DNA of 64,000 nt from Takakia lepidozioides (GCA_030704615.1 CM060733.1:74586001-74650000), one strand, 5' to 3'. Counted from the stretch's first letter, positions 35,401 through 49,114 are shown. Notes: a model not told the origin generated them from the sequence alone. Made by a program: numbers and translations.

Positions 35401-35930
35401 GTTTTCGGCCTGACCCCCCGACAGGACTTCCTTTGGGTGGATCCGAATGGAAATTCGGCGCTGAATTTCTATCCGGGGGATGTTTTCTGTCGGACAGGTG
35501 CCGGCATCTCTGCCCCAGACGACTTCATCCGTGCGGCCCCTGTTGGATATTGGGTGCCGAATTTCCATTTGGGGGTAGTAATGTGACGGCATGGTGCCGG
35601 CTTCTCCCCTTCAGCCGACATCATCCGGACGGCCCCCCACTTTCTGACTGCATACCGTTGGCAGTTATTGCGCAAAGATCAGGGGCCGCATTCCGGAGAC
35701 AAGGTTCATTAACACTCTGACTGTGGATTTTTGAGATAGTTGGCTCCCTGGATTTGGATCAGGCTTCGTCGCTCGGACAAATCGGCACCGCATTCCTTCC
35801 CATCGCTGCATCCCCCTTCTATCAGGGAGCTTCCCCGCACGCCATCCTGGCAGTCTTGTGTGCACATCTCCCATGGCGGAAAACCCGAGCGCTACAGTGT
35901 ACTGCCCTCCTCACGAGCATAGAGCTTCAT
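31449..35930 (+). mobile_element. Left part of a MULE family B element: terminus, ~4 kb of palindromic tandem arrays, start of transposase
   Basis: Terminus GGGGGCTGCTATTTCATGAGC plus CATGAGC repeats. 35640-35926 matches the reverse complement of 44220-44505 and encodes RHPGSLVCTSPMAENPSA.VYCPPH.HRA, the transposase N-terminus. Confidence 0.85.
31600..35640. repeat. Compound tandem arrays (~180-bp, ~90-bp and 287-bp units) built on GGCGCC-centred palindromes
   Basis: Perfect palindromes include GGATGGAAATCCGGCGCCGGATTTCCATCC (33073-33102), GATGGAAATTCGGCGCCGAATTTCCATC (34320-34347) and GGAAAAATGGCGCCATTTTTCC. A 287-bp period is visible at 34586/34873/35160. Confidence 0.95.
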
Positions 35931-38850
35931 TTCAAGCCTGAGGGCAGTATGGCGGAGGGCTACGTGTTTGACGAGGCATTGGGATTTTGTACAGAGTACT
36001 TGTCTTCTATTGATGCTACTAGGCGGAGAGTGTGGGATGCAGGAGAGGAGGAATCAGTGTCAGGCTGGGTATTGGAAGGAGTTGGTCGACCACGGAGGTT
36101 GACCCTCGAATTGTTGCAGCTTGTCCACGACTACGTCATTCACAACCATCCCAGTTTGAGCATTATGTTGGGGTAAGTGGCAAACGTTCTGGTACCTTAT
36201 GCTTTGTATAGGTGTGTGTGCAGTAGTTCTTCCATCGGCTGCAGGGGTTGCACTAGATAAATTTCTGTGGTTGTGCGTGTGTTGGCAGGTCCTATGAGGT
36301 GGAGAAATGCAGGTTGGAGACTGAAAAATGCTACTAACCAGAACAAGATCCGTGCTCTCCCTCACTTTGCAGAATGGCTGGTAAAAGCAGTCCGCCAGCA
36401 TGTGTCAAGTGTTGCCAACCATGCTACTGATTCAGCCTGCAAGGAATTGTTGGACATGTCCAAACCCCCATCAGTAATCGCAACATCATACAAGAGCATG
36501 TCGGCTTATGGAAACCACTTCAGGGTTACTTCAGATGGACTCAACAGCCCCTTTGTGACATATGACTCGGGGGTCTCTACTGTTTTCCACCATGACAGTA
36601 CTTGCATTGACCGTGAGCAGGTGGTGAAAAAGCGTACGGTATGTGGGTGTCATAAAGGAGATTTTAGAATTGGATTATGGCTCCACAAACACCACGGTGC
36701 TATTGTGTTCATGGGTACGTGCACGACGTGTGGGCTCTCAGCCCGTGTCAATGAAGCAGGACGAGTCTGGCTTCACGTTGGTGAATTTCTCCCACTTGTT
36801 GCCTCCACTTGAACAGCCTTTTGTGCTCCCATCACAGGTCGAGCAAGTTTTTTTCTCTGAGTGTGTGAATGAACCGAGATGGAACGTGGTGCTGGAAAAA
36901 AACCCCAGGTCACGCAGGGCTGTTTCTGATGTGAGCATTTGCAACGATGATATTGCAAGTGTATCAGGCCTCTTAGCCCCCAATCACATTGAAGAGACCA
37001 ATGTTGCTAGTGACAGGGTGGGCCAGACCATCCAAGTGACACCTGAAGAGGTTGCTTCACTTTACAGAGACATGCGATCTGAGGAAGCACATCCATGTCC
37101 CACGGAGGACAGTTGCGATGGAGATTCAGAGTCCAGTGATGAGGAGTTGGTTGATGTGGATGTGTACTAGTACCTAGAATGAGGTATGACTTTCCCCCCC
37201 AAACTGCCTTCCTCTATCTCAAGTATATGAAGGGTGGTATTGGGCAAAATTGAATATGTAATCCCGGTTGATTCATGAATAATGTGGGATTCATAAGACT
37301 GGCACTAAGGGTTGCCCTTGGGGGTGTCCTTTTTGCAGGGTGTTGGAGGTGTCCAACTTACATGGCGTGTCTGTCTGGCAACGTGTCATGACATTTATGT
37401 CACTATAGACTTTGGAACGGCATGCAAATTTACACATCAGTTCTGCCTTTGGGTACATTGTTGACAAAGTGCATGTGCCTTCCAGTTTACATTACATAAT
37501 TGCCCCAGTGATTTTGTGGGTCTTATATTGGGCAGGCTCGTGTTTATGGACCATTGAATACCAATGGAGTGCTTTTAAGCTTGGTCCCTACTTATCATAT
37601 TTTCATTTTTCCCTAAAAGAATCTAACAATCCGCATAGATGATGCTCTGGCTGGTTGAGTGGGTTATTTGCGTAGATGCATTTTATGGTCAGTTTCTCTT
37701 ATGCCCCAGCTAACACCATGTGACTCACTTGTATAGTCCCCCATCTATGAATGGCTCAAGCAGGGTGCAGTACATTCAACACTACAATGTTGCTGCCCTG
37801 CAGGTGTTCCATGCCTTGCACCACATCATTATTCCCTGATGTCATCCTGCTGCTGTTCTAGCTTTAGGTAGGTCATTGGGGATATGTACATTAGAGAGAA
37901 CAACATGAGCTGTTATCTCAGTTGTTTTATCATACAAGAAGCTGAATTCATGGGCTCTCCCATTCTTAGAAAACCCCCCCATGGCAAAGTGGGTGGATCG
38001 GAACAGACCGTATTGCCAAGCTTCTATTCCAGTAGCACACGGCGTGGAGCTCCGGGATGGCCTACTACAGGGACGACATGCACAAGGCGATATGTTAGAG
38101 TGTATTGGATTTCATATTTTGTTGGTGTTCTTGGTCACTGCCCAAAGACTTTTGTTGAGCCCATGTTTTGCATCACTCTCATGAGTGAATTTTTTGATTT
38201 GCATGAATTTATCTATCCCCTGAATGCATCATTTGTTCGTCTGTCATTCCGCAGTATGAGGCTTGCTTTTGATGTTGTCGGCGATCAACAAACACTAAAA
38301 TGCACGCCGCCATTTGAACGTAACGTCACAAACAGATGCGGTTCCAGATCGCCTCTCTAGCATGTTGGCTTCACGTTCCATTCTTCTCCACAAAGCGCCA
38401 ACGGCCTACTAAGCTGCTTCGTGTGCAACCGTTCCCTTCACTTGCATCCCCCGCACCACAATATCAAAGCCACTTAACCAATCATATGTAGACACCTCAT
38501 AAGTTGTTCCATGTCACAGACTCTCCATGTCATGACGACATGTGATGATCTGGCAGAATACATTAGAGTGGCAGTCATGAAGTCATATGTCCGTCTAGCA
38601 ATATGCACACGTCATTCACATATGGGCATGACCCTGACTGGCAGTCATATCCACCATGGCAATATTCCTGGTCAAAGGGTGTTTGACCTGTGTTGCGCAA
38701 AGTTCGGAGTGATACAGTCGCATAACCGGCTTCGTCGTGATCTATGTTATGACTTCAAAAGGCATTTACCACTGCAAATGGCATTTCTGCCACAAATTGG
38801 TCGTGACTGCGCACCCATGGGAGTCATAAAAGCCGCAATGTGTTGTAGTG
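35930..38850 (+). mobile_element. 3' part of a CACTA/EnSpm transposon
   Basis: KPEGSMAEGYVFDEALGFCTEYL (DUF4218-like) and GVIKEILELDY..LLCSW...PFVLPSQVEQVFF..W (DUF4216-like). It ends ...TGTGTTGTAGTG at 38850, the reverse complement of CACTACAACAC. Confidence 0.85.
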
Positions 38851-38859
38851 TTGGTTATA

Positions 38860-39837
38860 CCGCCATCTGGGCCCTACACCCTGCCCACTGACAGGTGCTG
38901 GTCCCCCTGTTGGTGCTGGTCCTTGAGGACCTGTTGTAGTAGTGGTGGAACTCCCACCAGGTGCTGGCCTCTGAGCACTCCCTACTACTGGCCCCACTAT
39001 ATTCACAATATTCTCAGCTCCAGTTGTACTACTTCCCACACTCCCTGTCCCCCCAGAGCCAGATCCAGGCTGTCCGCCTGATCCCCCTGAGCCGACACCT
39101 TTGTTGGCCTATGATCCAAATGCTCCACTTGATCCAGGTCCAACAGGTTGGGATGTCTTGGTCGTAGTCTCAACCTCAACTGTTGGGTGTACTTCTTCAT
39201 ACTCTTCATCTTCCAATTTCTTCTATCTGTTTTCATCTTCCAAGTTCTGCCCTTGGGTTTCTTCTTCTTCACTCATGTAACTCAATTGCAATGGTGTTGG
39301 AGAGTCTGAACTCTCCGTTGGCTCTGCCACATCCTCCCCTCCTTCTTCGTCTTCCGCTTCAGAAACTGGAGTTTCTGCTTTTGGTGTTCCATGCCAACTC
39401 TTATCAAAGATTTCTGTCAAATCTTTTATCCAGGGATGTACCTCAGATCTCTCCCCTCGTGGCTAATCTTCTTCCTGTACCAATCTTAATCTTTCTTGTA
39501 AAGAATAAGAAGGAGTGGCATCCAACTCTAGTTCTTCCGGTATGGGTGATGTACTCTCTGATCTTAATGGTGTGAGAGGTCCAGATGATTCTCCTATGTC
39601 TATTCCTCTCTCCCAAAGATATGGATAGTTAGCTTTCAGATAACTTTACCTTTTTGCTGAATATCTCTGGAGTCTAGCTTCTCTTTCATCACTCATGTCC
39701 CATGTCTTTCATATCTTTATTGAGGCAATAACCAAAACTCTCTCCTGTAGTATCTCTCGTATATGCCCGGATTTCTTTCAAGCTTCAATGCACCCTTGGC
39801 TATACTAGAGGTCTCTGTTACTATATATCCATATGGC
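38860..39837 (-). mobile_element. Second partial copy of the Gypsy leader/gag N-terminus at ~15100-16057
   Basis: High identity to 15100-16057. It is cut at ...CCATATGGC by the MULE terminus at 39838. Confidence 0.9.
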
Positions 39838-42800
39838 GAGGATAGTTATTTCATGAGCATGAGCAGCATGAGCGACATGAGCGGAGTAGTAAGACAATCG
39901 GTTTTCATGAGCAGAAGTACAAATTCTGGAAATAAAAAACATTAAAAAACGTTATTTTAATGGAACGTGTAAAAAAAACAAAAAAAAACCAATATAATAT
40001 TCATTGTTTGAAGTAGAAATTGTAGTTTTGAGAGCAGTGCTCATGATATTTCGTCTTCCGCTCATGCGAATTCCGAGCGACATCTGCAAAAATGGCGCCG
40101 AATTTCGCGGTAATAGGTTCCGCAAGCGGAGAAATCGGCGACGTATTGCGCGGTAATAGGTGTCTCCGGCGAAAAATGGTGCCGAATTTCGCGGTTATAG
40201 GTCCCAACTTGATTGAAGTGTAAGCCCAAAATTTGGAAATGTGGCAACGAATTTCGGTACATGGTGCCGGGCATTGCACAAATGTTGGGCAGTTCTGGGC
40301 CATGTAACTGGAAATTCGGCGCCATTTTTCCAAACATCGTTTCCAGACAATGTTGGGACTTAGTCAATTTTCGGCCCAAAATAGGGAAATTCGGCGCCAT
40401 TTTTCCAGAAATGGCCCCCTCAACTGCAACTGTTGGAATTCAGTTTTCTGGAAGATTTGCAAATTTTTCCTGCCGCCATCTTTGTATTGATTCTGTTTCG
40501 ACATTGAATTGCCACTGGACGTCAACGGATATCCATCAATCCATAGTGTTTAAAAGACATCACTTTAATATTGTCTGTCTCATTCCAGGAGTTTTGGGGT
40601 GCAATTCATTACACTGCAAAACAAAGTCTAATGCATCAAAATGCAATTGCAAACATCCATATGGTGGATTCCCTTTGCCCCATCAATGATTTCTGGAATC
40701 CCGGCGGAGGAGTTTGTGCAGCTCGTTCACGCTCAATGCTGGTGCATGAATAAAGTCATCAATAGTCAAGTTCATCCTCAACCTCTTCAGGTAAATGTAA
40801 TACAGATGCTTGCACGGATAATACTTTGACCCATTCTTTGCTTCCATCAACGAGAAGTCCGTACAATTGCAAGTCGGCTCCACTCCAATCGTAATTGTGT
40901 ATATGTCGTTGCGTACAGCTGAGCCGTCCGTTGCCATCCGATAAACAAGCCCAAGGCCGGGTGGGGGTACGTCCACGGAGCTCTGAATAGTGCAAGCCAT
41001 CCCAAGAGCATTGGCAATCCGAGTCTCATTCAACTTGTTGGGAGGGTGTCGTCTCTTCACTCTTCCGAATCGCATTGTGGGATGTGCAGAATTGTCCAAT
41101 CCGTCTCTACTGGACCGAGCAGTGTGCAATGGCTGGGTCTGAGGAGCTGGAAACGAGTGGGCCGGGACGTCTGTGCGTTGCACCATTCAAAATCCTGCTG
41201 CAGAAAGAGCATCCGCCTCATTCTGAGAGAGGTTGCAACCCGGTGCAACAGGCCAGACGCCCAGAGGCTCCGGCATTCCCTGAATCCCATACTTGGGCTT
41301 GCCAAATACACAGGTCATTATGTCGTGCCTACAGAACCAAAATGTCTGCGTTGTGGCGTGAGAGAATGTGGGAGTCAAAAATCTGCCGCTGAAATAAGGT
41401 GCAGGTACAGCACCGTGTGGGTTCCTCCGAATCATCTCACCACAACGTGCTCTCGTATCCACCCGGATGGCGCAACACTTCCCTCGAAATGTCGGCAATG
41501 TCCTTGCAATTCTCCACTGTGACTCCGACATCTTGTCTCCACAATGGGTATGTTGTACTACGTTACTACAAATGGCTCGTTATGTTCCTTGGGCACGTGC
41601 CCTGTGCTCAAAGAAGATGGTGATCTTGAACGTGCTGGACTTGAGGTGCTCGACGAGACCTCCTTGGGCAACATCACAGGACCACGAGGGAGTGTGTGAA
41701 TATTCTTGTCAGCTCGCCATGAATCCTCTTCTCCGCCAGGTGCCTCGTCAAGTCTTTGTCTCACTGGACGGGTGTGAACATCTCCTTCCAAGTGTTGGCC
41801 TCTTCGAAGCAATGGCGTGTCTCGAAGGCCCTCTCGCAAGGCTGCCGCCCACTTGCGAGGATTCTTCGATCTGGAGGCAGTCCGCATCAGTATTTCCTGC
41901 CTGTCCGGCCCCAAGCTCCACTGTGTCTCTTTCAAGAGCTCGTTGTACCTACATTGCTGCATAATTGACCTCACAATGTCCTCCGTTGTGGCAGTGAGGA
42001 TGTTCACCAGATGCGCCGTAGAGGAGGCACGCCAGGAAGAATGTACTGATTCGGCCATGTTTGTTGTCGGCATGTCGGTGTCGGAGTCTAGACACATTTC
42101 ATGCACAAGCACATGTTGAGGTTACAAGCAAGTTACAAATAATGACTAGCATAATATTCAACGGGACGTGAATTCGTCCAACTCACCTTTCGCATATAGT
42201 CGCCGAACTGGAGGAAACGATAATGCCACCATGCTAGCCAACTGACCATTGCTCCCTCGTCTAATTTCTTTACAGCACCTGACGTTGTCCACCAAGCCCG
42301 TATACATGCAAATTGTGTCTCTGTATCATCCAAGGTGGGAGCACGCTTCCACGCAAGACACATGGAACGGTGCTCCTCTTTGAAATATGGCGCCACGAGC
42401 TGGGTTGTGTACTGCGACAAGCTCTGCAGAAAATGGAACCCACAAGATCTCTCCTTGCCTTCCATCGGAACATTGGGGTCTTCCCCGTACACCCTTCGGA
42501 TGGCAGCCCAATTTGCTTGTGCGTTGTCCGCCATGAAACCATGGAAATTGGGAGGGGGCAATCCCGCCCTGGCCATCTGTTCGTTTATTCCCTGCCAAAG
42601 AAGCATCTCCGATTGTGTGTCCTCTCCTTTCATCTCACAAATAGCAATTGTCATTAGCATCCTGCAGTGGGTGTCGTAGACATGTGCAGCCATTGTCACC
42701 CACTGATGATTTGTAATTCGCTTGATATGGTCGAACATGACCCAACTGTTTGACAAGTCCCCACTCGTCATCCGGTCGACCAGTTTGACGCCGCTGCCAG

Positions 42801-44510
42801 GCCCACACGTGGACATTTTGAATACGAAACAACGATCTGCCTCGGTCCCTTGTCCAGGAAACCTACTTCCATGAATGTAGTCATATCCACATCGTCGCTT
42901 CACCTCCAGAATGGAGTGCATATCCGATCCACGCCCAATTTTCTGTTTGCAGGAGACAATGTGGTTTCGGGCATTCGGTGAACAGACGTGGGACACTGAC
43001 TCCAGCAATGCCTCCATTTCCTTCTCATCGAGAGGAAGTCTGTCAGAGCCGTCTTCCGACATAATATTGGCCAATGCCATCTTATGGGTGGCCTGTAGCT
43101 GTATCTGTTTGGGTTTGGCACCAGGTCTCAACTTAACCTCTCGGAACGAGCTGCCCTACCTCGTGGGTAGCCTCCCGCGAGTTCCCCCTTGCCAATTTGT
43201 GACAATGGGAACCAACGTGTATTCAAGCTCGTGTGAGGTCAGGGAAACGGTGCAACACATAGAACTGCTTGGCATTACAAACAGACATGCAATGTGGTGG
43301 TTCTTTGCAATGCGCACACTTAAATGTGGAGTTTGGAACCTTTTCTTGAGCTCGAAATGGTTGATGAGCTGTGCCTGTCCAATCTGTCTCGTTCCTGTGA
43401 CCTCTGGATTTAAAGTAGAAGCAAGTTGGGGGAGAAACACTGCAACGCGCCCGCACAAACAACGTAGCGCACCCGCACACCATCGAGCATCTTCATGCTG
43501 GTGATTTTGGTGACGCACCAAGGATGACCGTCATGTTTCCTATCCATATTTGTCAACATTCCGGACGCCCTCGAATAGTCCATTCGAGGAGGGAACTCAA
43601 GGAGCATATTACCGTCGACGTCTGCGGGAAGGCATGTAACGGATTTAATGGCGAACTTGCTGTAGTCCAGCCCAACTAGCTCCGAGCAGTGTCCCTCCAT
43701 GTGAAGCCCTCGCAGAATTTCAAGAATGGATCGAACTGCTGTGTTCGTGCTGGGAATATGACTCCCTCGTCCGCTGATGTCCATTGAGGACTTGCCTGAT
43801 CTCCAGGATGATCTCAGAACTTCCATGACCTCGTCGGAGTCGGACAGGTTGTGAACAACCCGGTTCTCGCTCGTCTTCATTGATGGGTTCGGCTCTGGAT
43901 TTACTTCGTTGCAGACTTCTCTCTTTGAGGTACCCACTCTCTGATTCGCGGATTGTTTCGTGAAAGGCGCCAGGATAGAAGGCGCATTTGGCGGGCAAAT
44001 GAAGTCCCCAACAGCCCTGTATATGCGGTTGTCCGATGGTGGAACTCGCCATTCCCTGCCGTCGCCGAAATCATCGTGGAGCACAACAATACTTTCGACT
44101 ACAACTCCGTTTGAATCCTTCATTTCCTCCTCCAAAAATACCGACCCCGGTTTCAGGTGGTATCGAATGCAGAGATATTTCTCCATCACCCGGCAGATCT
44201 CCCCTCTGCACGGAAATGTAGCTCTATGCTTGTGAGGAGGGCAGTACACTATAGCGCTCGGGTTTTCTGCCATGGGAGATGTGCACACAAGACTGCCAGG
44301 ATGACGTTCGGACAAGCGCCCTGGGAGAAGGGGGGATGCAGCGAGGGGAAGGAATGCAGGGCCGATTTTTGCAAGCGACGAAGCCTATTCACGAATCTGG
44401 GGAGCCCGCTCTCCCGAAAATCCACTGTCAGAGAGTTAATGAACCTTGTCTGCGGAATGCGGCCCCTGGCCTTTGCACAATAACTGCCAACGGTATGCAG
44501 TCAGAAGGAA
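39838..44510 (-). mobile_element. MULE family B element: right terminus plus near-complete transposase gene
   Basis: Terminus GAGGATAGTTATTTCATGAGCATGAGC at 39838, followed by the transposase gene at 44315-40683. Confidence 0.85.
40683..44315 (-). pseudogene. MULE transposase family B: GCM-like domain, DDE core, SWIM finger (frameshifted; intron donor ~42186)
   Basis: RKHDGHPWC, WVMFDH, FMADNAQA, CGFHF, TNMAESVH and PTCNCTDF...YPCKH. Confidence 0.88.
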
Positions 44511-44825
44511 TATGACCTGTGCAGATGCACTGCGCAAACCAATCATTACGGCGTCTGACAAGAAGCGTGGGGGGGCGAGCGTGCAAGCACCTTCCCCATG
44601 GACAGAGGGAACTGATAGAGGTGGCATTCCAGTGGGTCTGATTACAAGATTGAGTGCCAGACCCTCGCTGCCAAAAGTCAACATACAACAAAATGCAACA
44701 TTGCGCAAAAAGTCCACGCGAGGCTCATCGTGGAAGCTAGGAAGGTACTCAAGAGCGGACAGGTGCACCCTCCTCTGCTGACTCTATCCAATCCTGCAGG
44801 TATATGAAAATATCCCCTGACTTGG

Positions 44826-45020
44826 GCGAGACGGATTGGACAGGCGCAGCTCATCAACCATTTCGAGCTCAGGAGAAGGTTCCAAACTCCACATTTAAGT
44901 GTGCGCATTGCAAAGAACCACCACATTGCATGTCTGTTTGTAATGCCAAGCAGTTCTATGTGTTGCACCGTTTCCCTGACCTCACATTAGCTTGCATACA
45001 CGTTGGTTCCCATTGTCACA
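44826..45020 (+). pseudogene. Short family B transposase fragment (GCM-like zinc region)
   Basis: ETDWTGAAHQPFRAQEKVPNSTFKCAHCKEPPHC...CIHVGSHCH, matching 2580-2775. Confidence 0.85.
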
Positions 45021-46124
45021 TATACTCCTATAAGTGTACGCTCCTCTTCCCCAGCGTATGGGGACATTCGCATTGGATTGGAGGACGAAATGCATGGGCA
45101 CTCCAGGTCCAAAGTTACACTTTCCATATTTGATGGTGGTTTCATTGGAGGGCATGACATTGTGGTGAAGTCAACAGGGGCCCAAGAATGGCTGCAATCC
45201 TTTTTACGTGGAGAAGCCCGATGACTCATGAGCTTGTTTTTAGGCCAGTCGAAGTACCGTTGACTTCCTAAGTTGTATTTATAAGGCAAAACGCTTTGGA
45301 TTTGCATGCACCCTCAGTACAGTATACGTGCTTCATTTGGAATGCAGACATATGAATAAAAACCCCATTGTGTGCGAACTTGTGTGGAATGTGCATCCTT
45401 CGTTCTGAGAATGCACAACTTGCCATGGTATTTCGGGTTGGGACTGTCGGTGGATTATGGAAGGGGCCGGTAGGTTGTAGTGGGCGCCCTTTCTACTGAG
45501 CACTGCCACCGTAGCATTTGAGACACATTACCTTGTATGCCAAGCGCCAGCTAATTAAATTCGCACCCACATAATCGGCGCCGACTATGGAGTCCATGAG
45601 ACCCAAATCGGTGGGTGTGGGGCAGACGCTCACGGACCCGATTGTCCACTAAGTGGCCGCACACAATTATCGGCAATAGGAAACAAAAATGTTAACGGAA
45701 ATCCAAAAGTGGTTGTTTTCGAGACGATGCGAGACAAATAGTACAACACTTGTATACTTAACAGAGGAATATATGAATATACAAATTAAGTTTTGGAGGC
45801 TATGGAGTAGTTCTAAGGATGAAAAGTTATGGCGGATGATGGATGGATGACATTTGATGGGATGGTAACATCCATTAGTAAACAAAATTTAAACTTGAAC
45901 ACGATGAGCGGTACCTCGCGTGGAGCACCCAGACCATGATGGGAGAGGGCACGTGTCTCCCAAGCACGGGCGATTTTTTGAAGGAATCCATTGAGGGCCA
46001 CGGAGGATTAGTGCGCCCTTTTCGACGTTCGTTTACTCCACAATATCCGCTGGCACACTCCCTTTTTGCTCTTCCCGACCCTCCGCCTTCGTTTTCCGCT
46101 ACCGAGCTTCGTCTCCTGCTTCTG

Positions 46125-46690
46125 ATGGAGCACGTTCAGGATGAGGAGGATGACTTCGTCCTAGGAACGGCCACTCAGAGCAAGGTGCTGCGCACTCGCA
46201 CCGTTGTCTCGCAACAGAGCACGGAGAGCAGACCTCCAAGGAAGGGTAGGAAACTTTGGAAGAAAGCCGCCGCATCACAGGAGGCAGGGATGGTGTCCAC
46301 AGCCACCATGATGTCCAGGGATCCCGTGCCTATATCCCCCATATCTGCAAGCGGCACCTCGGCAGGTCAAGCACAACACGTTCCGGCTTCCCCCATTTCA
46401 GCAATCGGGGCCTCGCCAGGTCCAGCAACAAGCGCCCAGGCAGGTGGTAACTCCAATCCCGCGCACAAGAATGTGGTGGCAGATGTTGTCTTCACTGCAG
46501 ACATGCGCAAGCAAGCACTTTTGTCATTGACGACTAGTGTGATGAACCACACTATGAGCTCCATTGCGCAATAAGAGTGGGGCCCCTCCACGAATCCCAT
46601 TGTGTAGGATGAAGCCCCTCCCGGCTGTGCGAATGGCCGAGCAACCCGACATCAATAAGCTGAAGCTTTACTTTGAGGCAGATTGGTACA
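46125..46690 (+). pseudogene. 5' part of a third ParB-MTase-like cargo paralogue (C), truncated
   Basis: A low-complexity N-terminus with RPPRKGRKLWKK is followed, after a frameshift, by RIPLCRMKPLPAVRMAEQPDINKLKLYFE (46591). This aligns with paralogue A KIPLCRLVSMPVVRTPLVKDILKLEAEF. Confidence 0.65.
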
Positions 46691-48620
46691 ACCAACTAAC
46701 CATTGCTCCCTTGTTTGATTTCTTTACAGCACCTGACGTTGTCCACCAAGCCCGTATACATGCAAACTCTGTCTCTGCATCATCCAAGGTGGGAGCACGC
46801 TTCCATGCAAGACACATGGAACGGTGCTCCTCTCTGAATTCTGGCGCCACGAGCCTGGTTGTGTACTGCGACAAGCTCTGCAGAAAATGGAACCCACAAG
46901 ATCTCTCTTTGCCTTCCATTGGAACATTCGGGTCTTCCCCGTACACCCTTCGGACTGCAACCCAATTTGCTTGTGCGTTGTCCGCCATGGAACCACGGAA
47001 ATTCGGCGGGGGCAATCCTGCCCTGGCCATCTGTTCGTTTATTTCCTGCCAAAGAAGCATCTCTTCTTGTATGTCCTCCCATTTCATCTCACAAATAGCA
47101 ATTGTTATTAGCATCCTGCAGTGGGGGTCGTAGACATGTGCACCCATTGTAACCCACCGGTAGTTTGTAATGCACTTGATATGGTTGAACATGACCCAAC
47201 TGTTTGACAAGTCTCCACTCGTCAACCGGTGGACCAGATCCACGCCGCTATCAGGCCCACACGTTGACGTTTTGAATACGAAACAACGATCTGCCTCAGT
47301 CCCCTGTCCTGGAAACCGACTTCTGTGAATGTAGTCATATCCACATCGTCGCTTCACCTCCAGAATGGACTGCATATCCGAGCCTCGCCCAATTTTCTGT
47401 TTGCGGGAGACAATGTGGTTTCGGACATTCGGTGAACAGACGTGGGACACTGACTCCAGCAATGCCTCCATTTTCTTCTCATCGAGAGGAATTCTGTCGG
47501 AGCCATCTTCCAACATTATTCTGCCCAATGCCATCTTATGGGCGGCCTGCAGCTGTATCTGTTTCGGTTTGGCACCAGGTCTCAACTTAACCTCTTGGAA
47601 TGAGCTGCTCTGCCTCCTGAGCAGCCTCCCCCGAGTTCCCCCTCGCCAATTTGTGACAATGCACACCAACGTGTATGCATGCTCGTGTGAGGTCAGGCAA
47701 AAGGTGGCACACATAGTACTGCTTGGCATTACAAACAGATATGCAATGCGGTGGTTCATTGCAATGCGCGCACTTAAATGTGGAGTTTGGAACCTTTTCT
47801 TGAGCTCAAAATGGTTGATGAGCTGTGTCTGTCCAATCTGTCTCGTTCCTGTGACCTCTGGATTTAAAGTGGAAGCAAGTTGGGGAGAAACACCGCAGCA
47901 CGCCCGCACACAGAACGTAGCGCACCCGCACACCATTGAGCATCTTCATGCTGGTGGTTCTGGTGGCGCACCAAGGATGATTGTCATGTTTCATATCCAT
48001 ATCTGTCAACATTCCGGACGCCCGTGAATTGTCCGTTCGAGGAGGGAACTCAAAAAAGATATTCCCGTCGACGTCTGTGGGAAGGTGTGTTACGGATTTG
48101 ATTGTGAACTTGCTGTAGTCCAGAGCAGCCAGCTCGGAGCGGTATCTCTCCGTGTGCAGCCCTCGCAGAATATCAAGAATGGATCGAGTTGTTGAGCTCG
48201 TACTGGGAATATGACTCCCTCGTCCGCTGATGTCCATTGAGGACTTGCCTGATCTCTAGGATGATCTTGGAACTTCCATGACCTCATCTGAGTCCGGCAG
48301 GTTGTGAACAACCTGGTTCTCACTCATCTTCATTGATGGGGGAGGCTTTGGATTAACTTCGTTGCGGATTTCTCTCGTTGAGGTACCAACTCTCAAATTC
48401 GCGGATTCTTTCGTGGAAGGCGGCAGGAAAGAAGGCGCATTTGGCGGGCAAATGAAGTCCCCAACAGCCCTGTATATGACGTTGTCCGATGGTAGAACTC
48501 GTCATTCCCTGCCGTCGCCGAAATCATCATGGAGCACAACGATACTTTTGACTACAACTCCATTTGAATCCTTCATTTCCTCCTCCAGGAATACTGACCT
48601 CGGTTTCAGGTGGTATCGGT
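46691..48620 (-). pseudogene. Another partial family B MULE transposase copy
   Basis: Parallels 42238-44165: KHDNHPWC, WVMFNH, SMADNAQA and CGFHF. Confidence 0.88.
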
Positions 48621-48659
48621 CGCAGAGAGACCTTGTTTCTTATTTCCGACGATAGTTTT

Positions 48660-49110
48660 TTTTCCCTTGACATTTGGGTAGATGGAGTGATGATCGTCGA
48701 TGATCATCACTTCTTCTCTGATTTCTGGGTTTTGTTTTCTTTTTTTCTTTCCCTTCTTCTTCTTCTTCTTCTTCTTCCTTGCATTTGACATTTGGCATTT
48801 TTTGGGTATGTGACGATCAACACTTCTGTTTTTTTTTGTTTTTTTTTTGTTTTGCGCATGTGGGTGGATGTGATCATCGGCGCCGATCATCACTTTTGGT
48901 GTTTTTTTTTTGGATGTGATGATCACTTCTGGTTTCTTTTTTCTTTTTTTTTCTTTGCATTTGGCATTTGGGTAGATGTGATAATCGGCGCCGATCATCA
49001 CTTCTGGTGTTTTTATTTATTTTGGATGTGGTGATAACTTCTGGTTTTTTTTTGTTTTTGTTTTTATTTGCATTTGGCATTTGGGTAGACATTGTGATGA
49101 TCGTTGATGG
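48660..49110. repeat. Tandem ~120-bp T-rich units with GTGATCATCGGCGCCGATCATCAC-type palindromes
   Basis: Units TTTGGCATTTGGGTAGATGTGAT(A/C)ATCGGCGCCGATCATCACTT at ~48670, 48860, 48960 and 49075. Confidence 0.85.
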
Positions 49111-49114
49111 GCAA

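Noticed and set aside
35754-36176. 140-aa ORF as a novel protein
   Set aside because: It spans the junction between the MULE 5' region and a CACTA transposase C-terminus.
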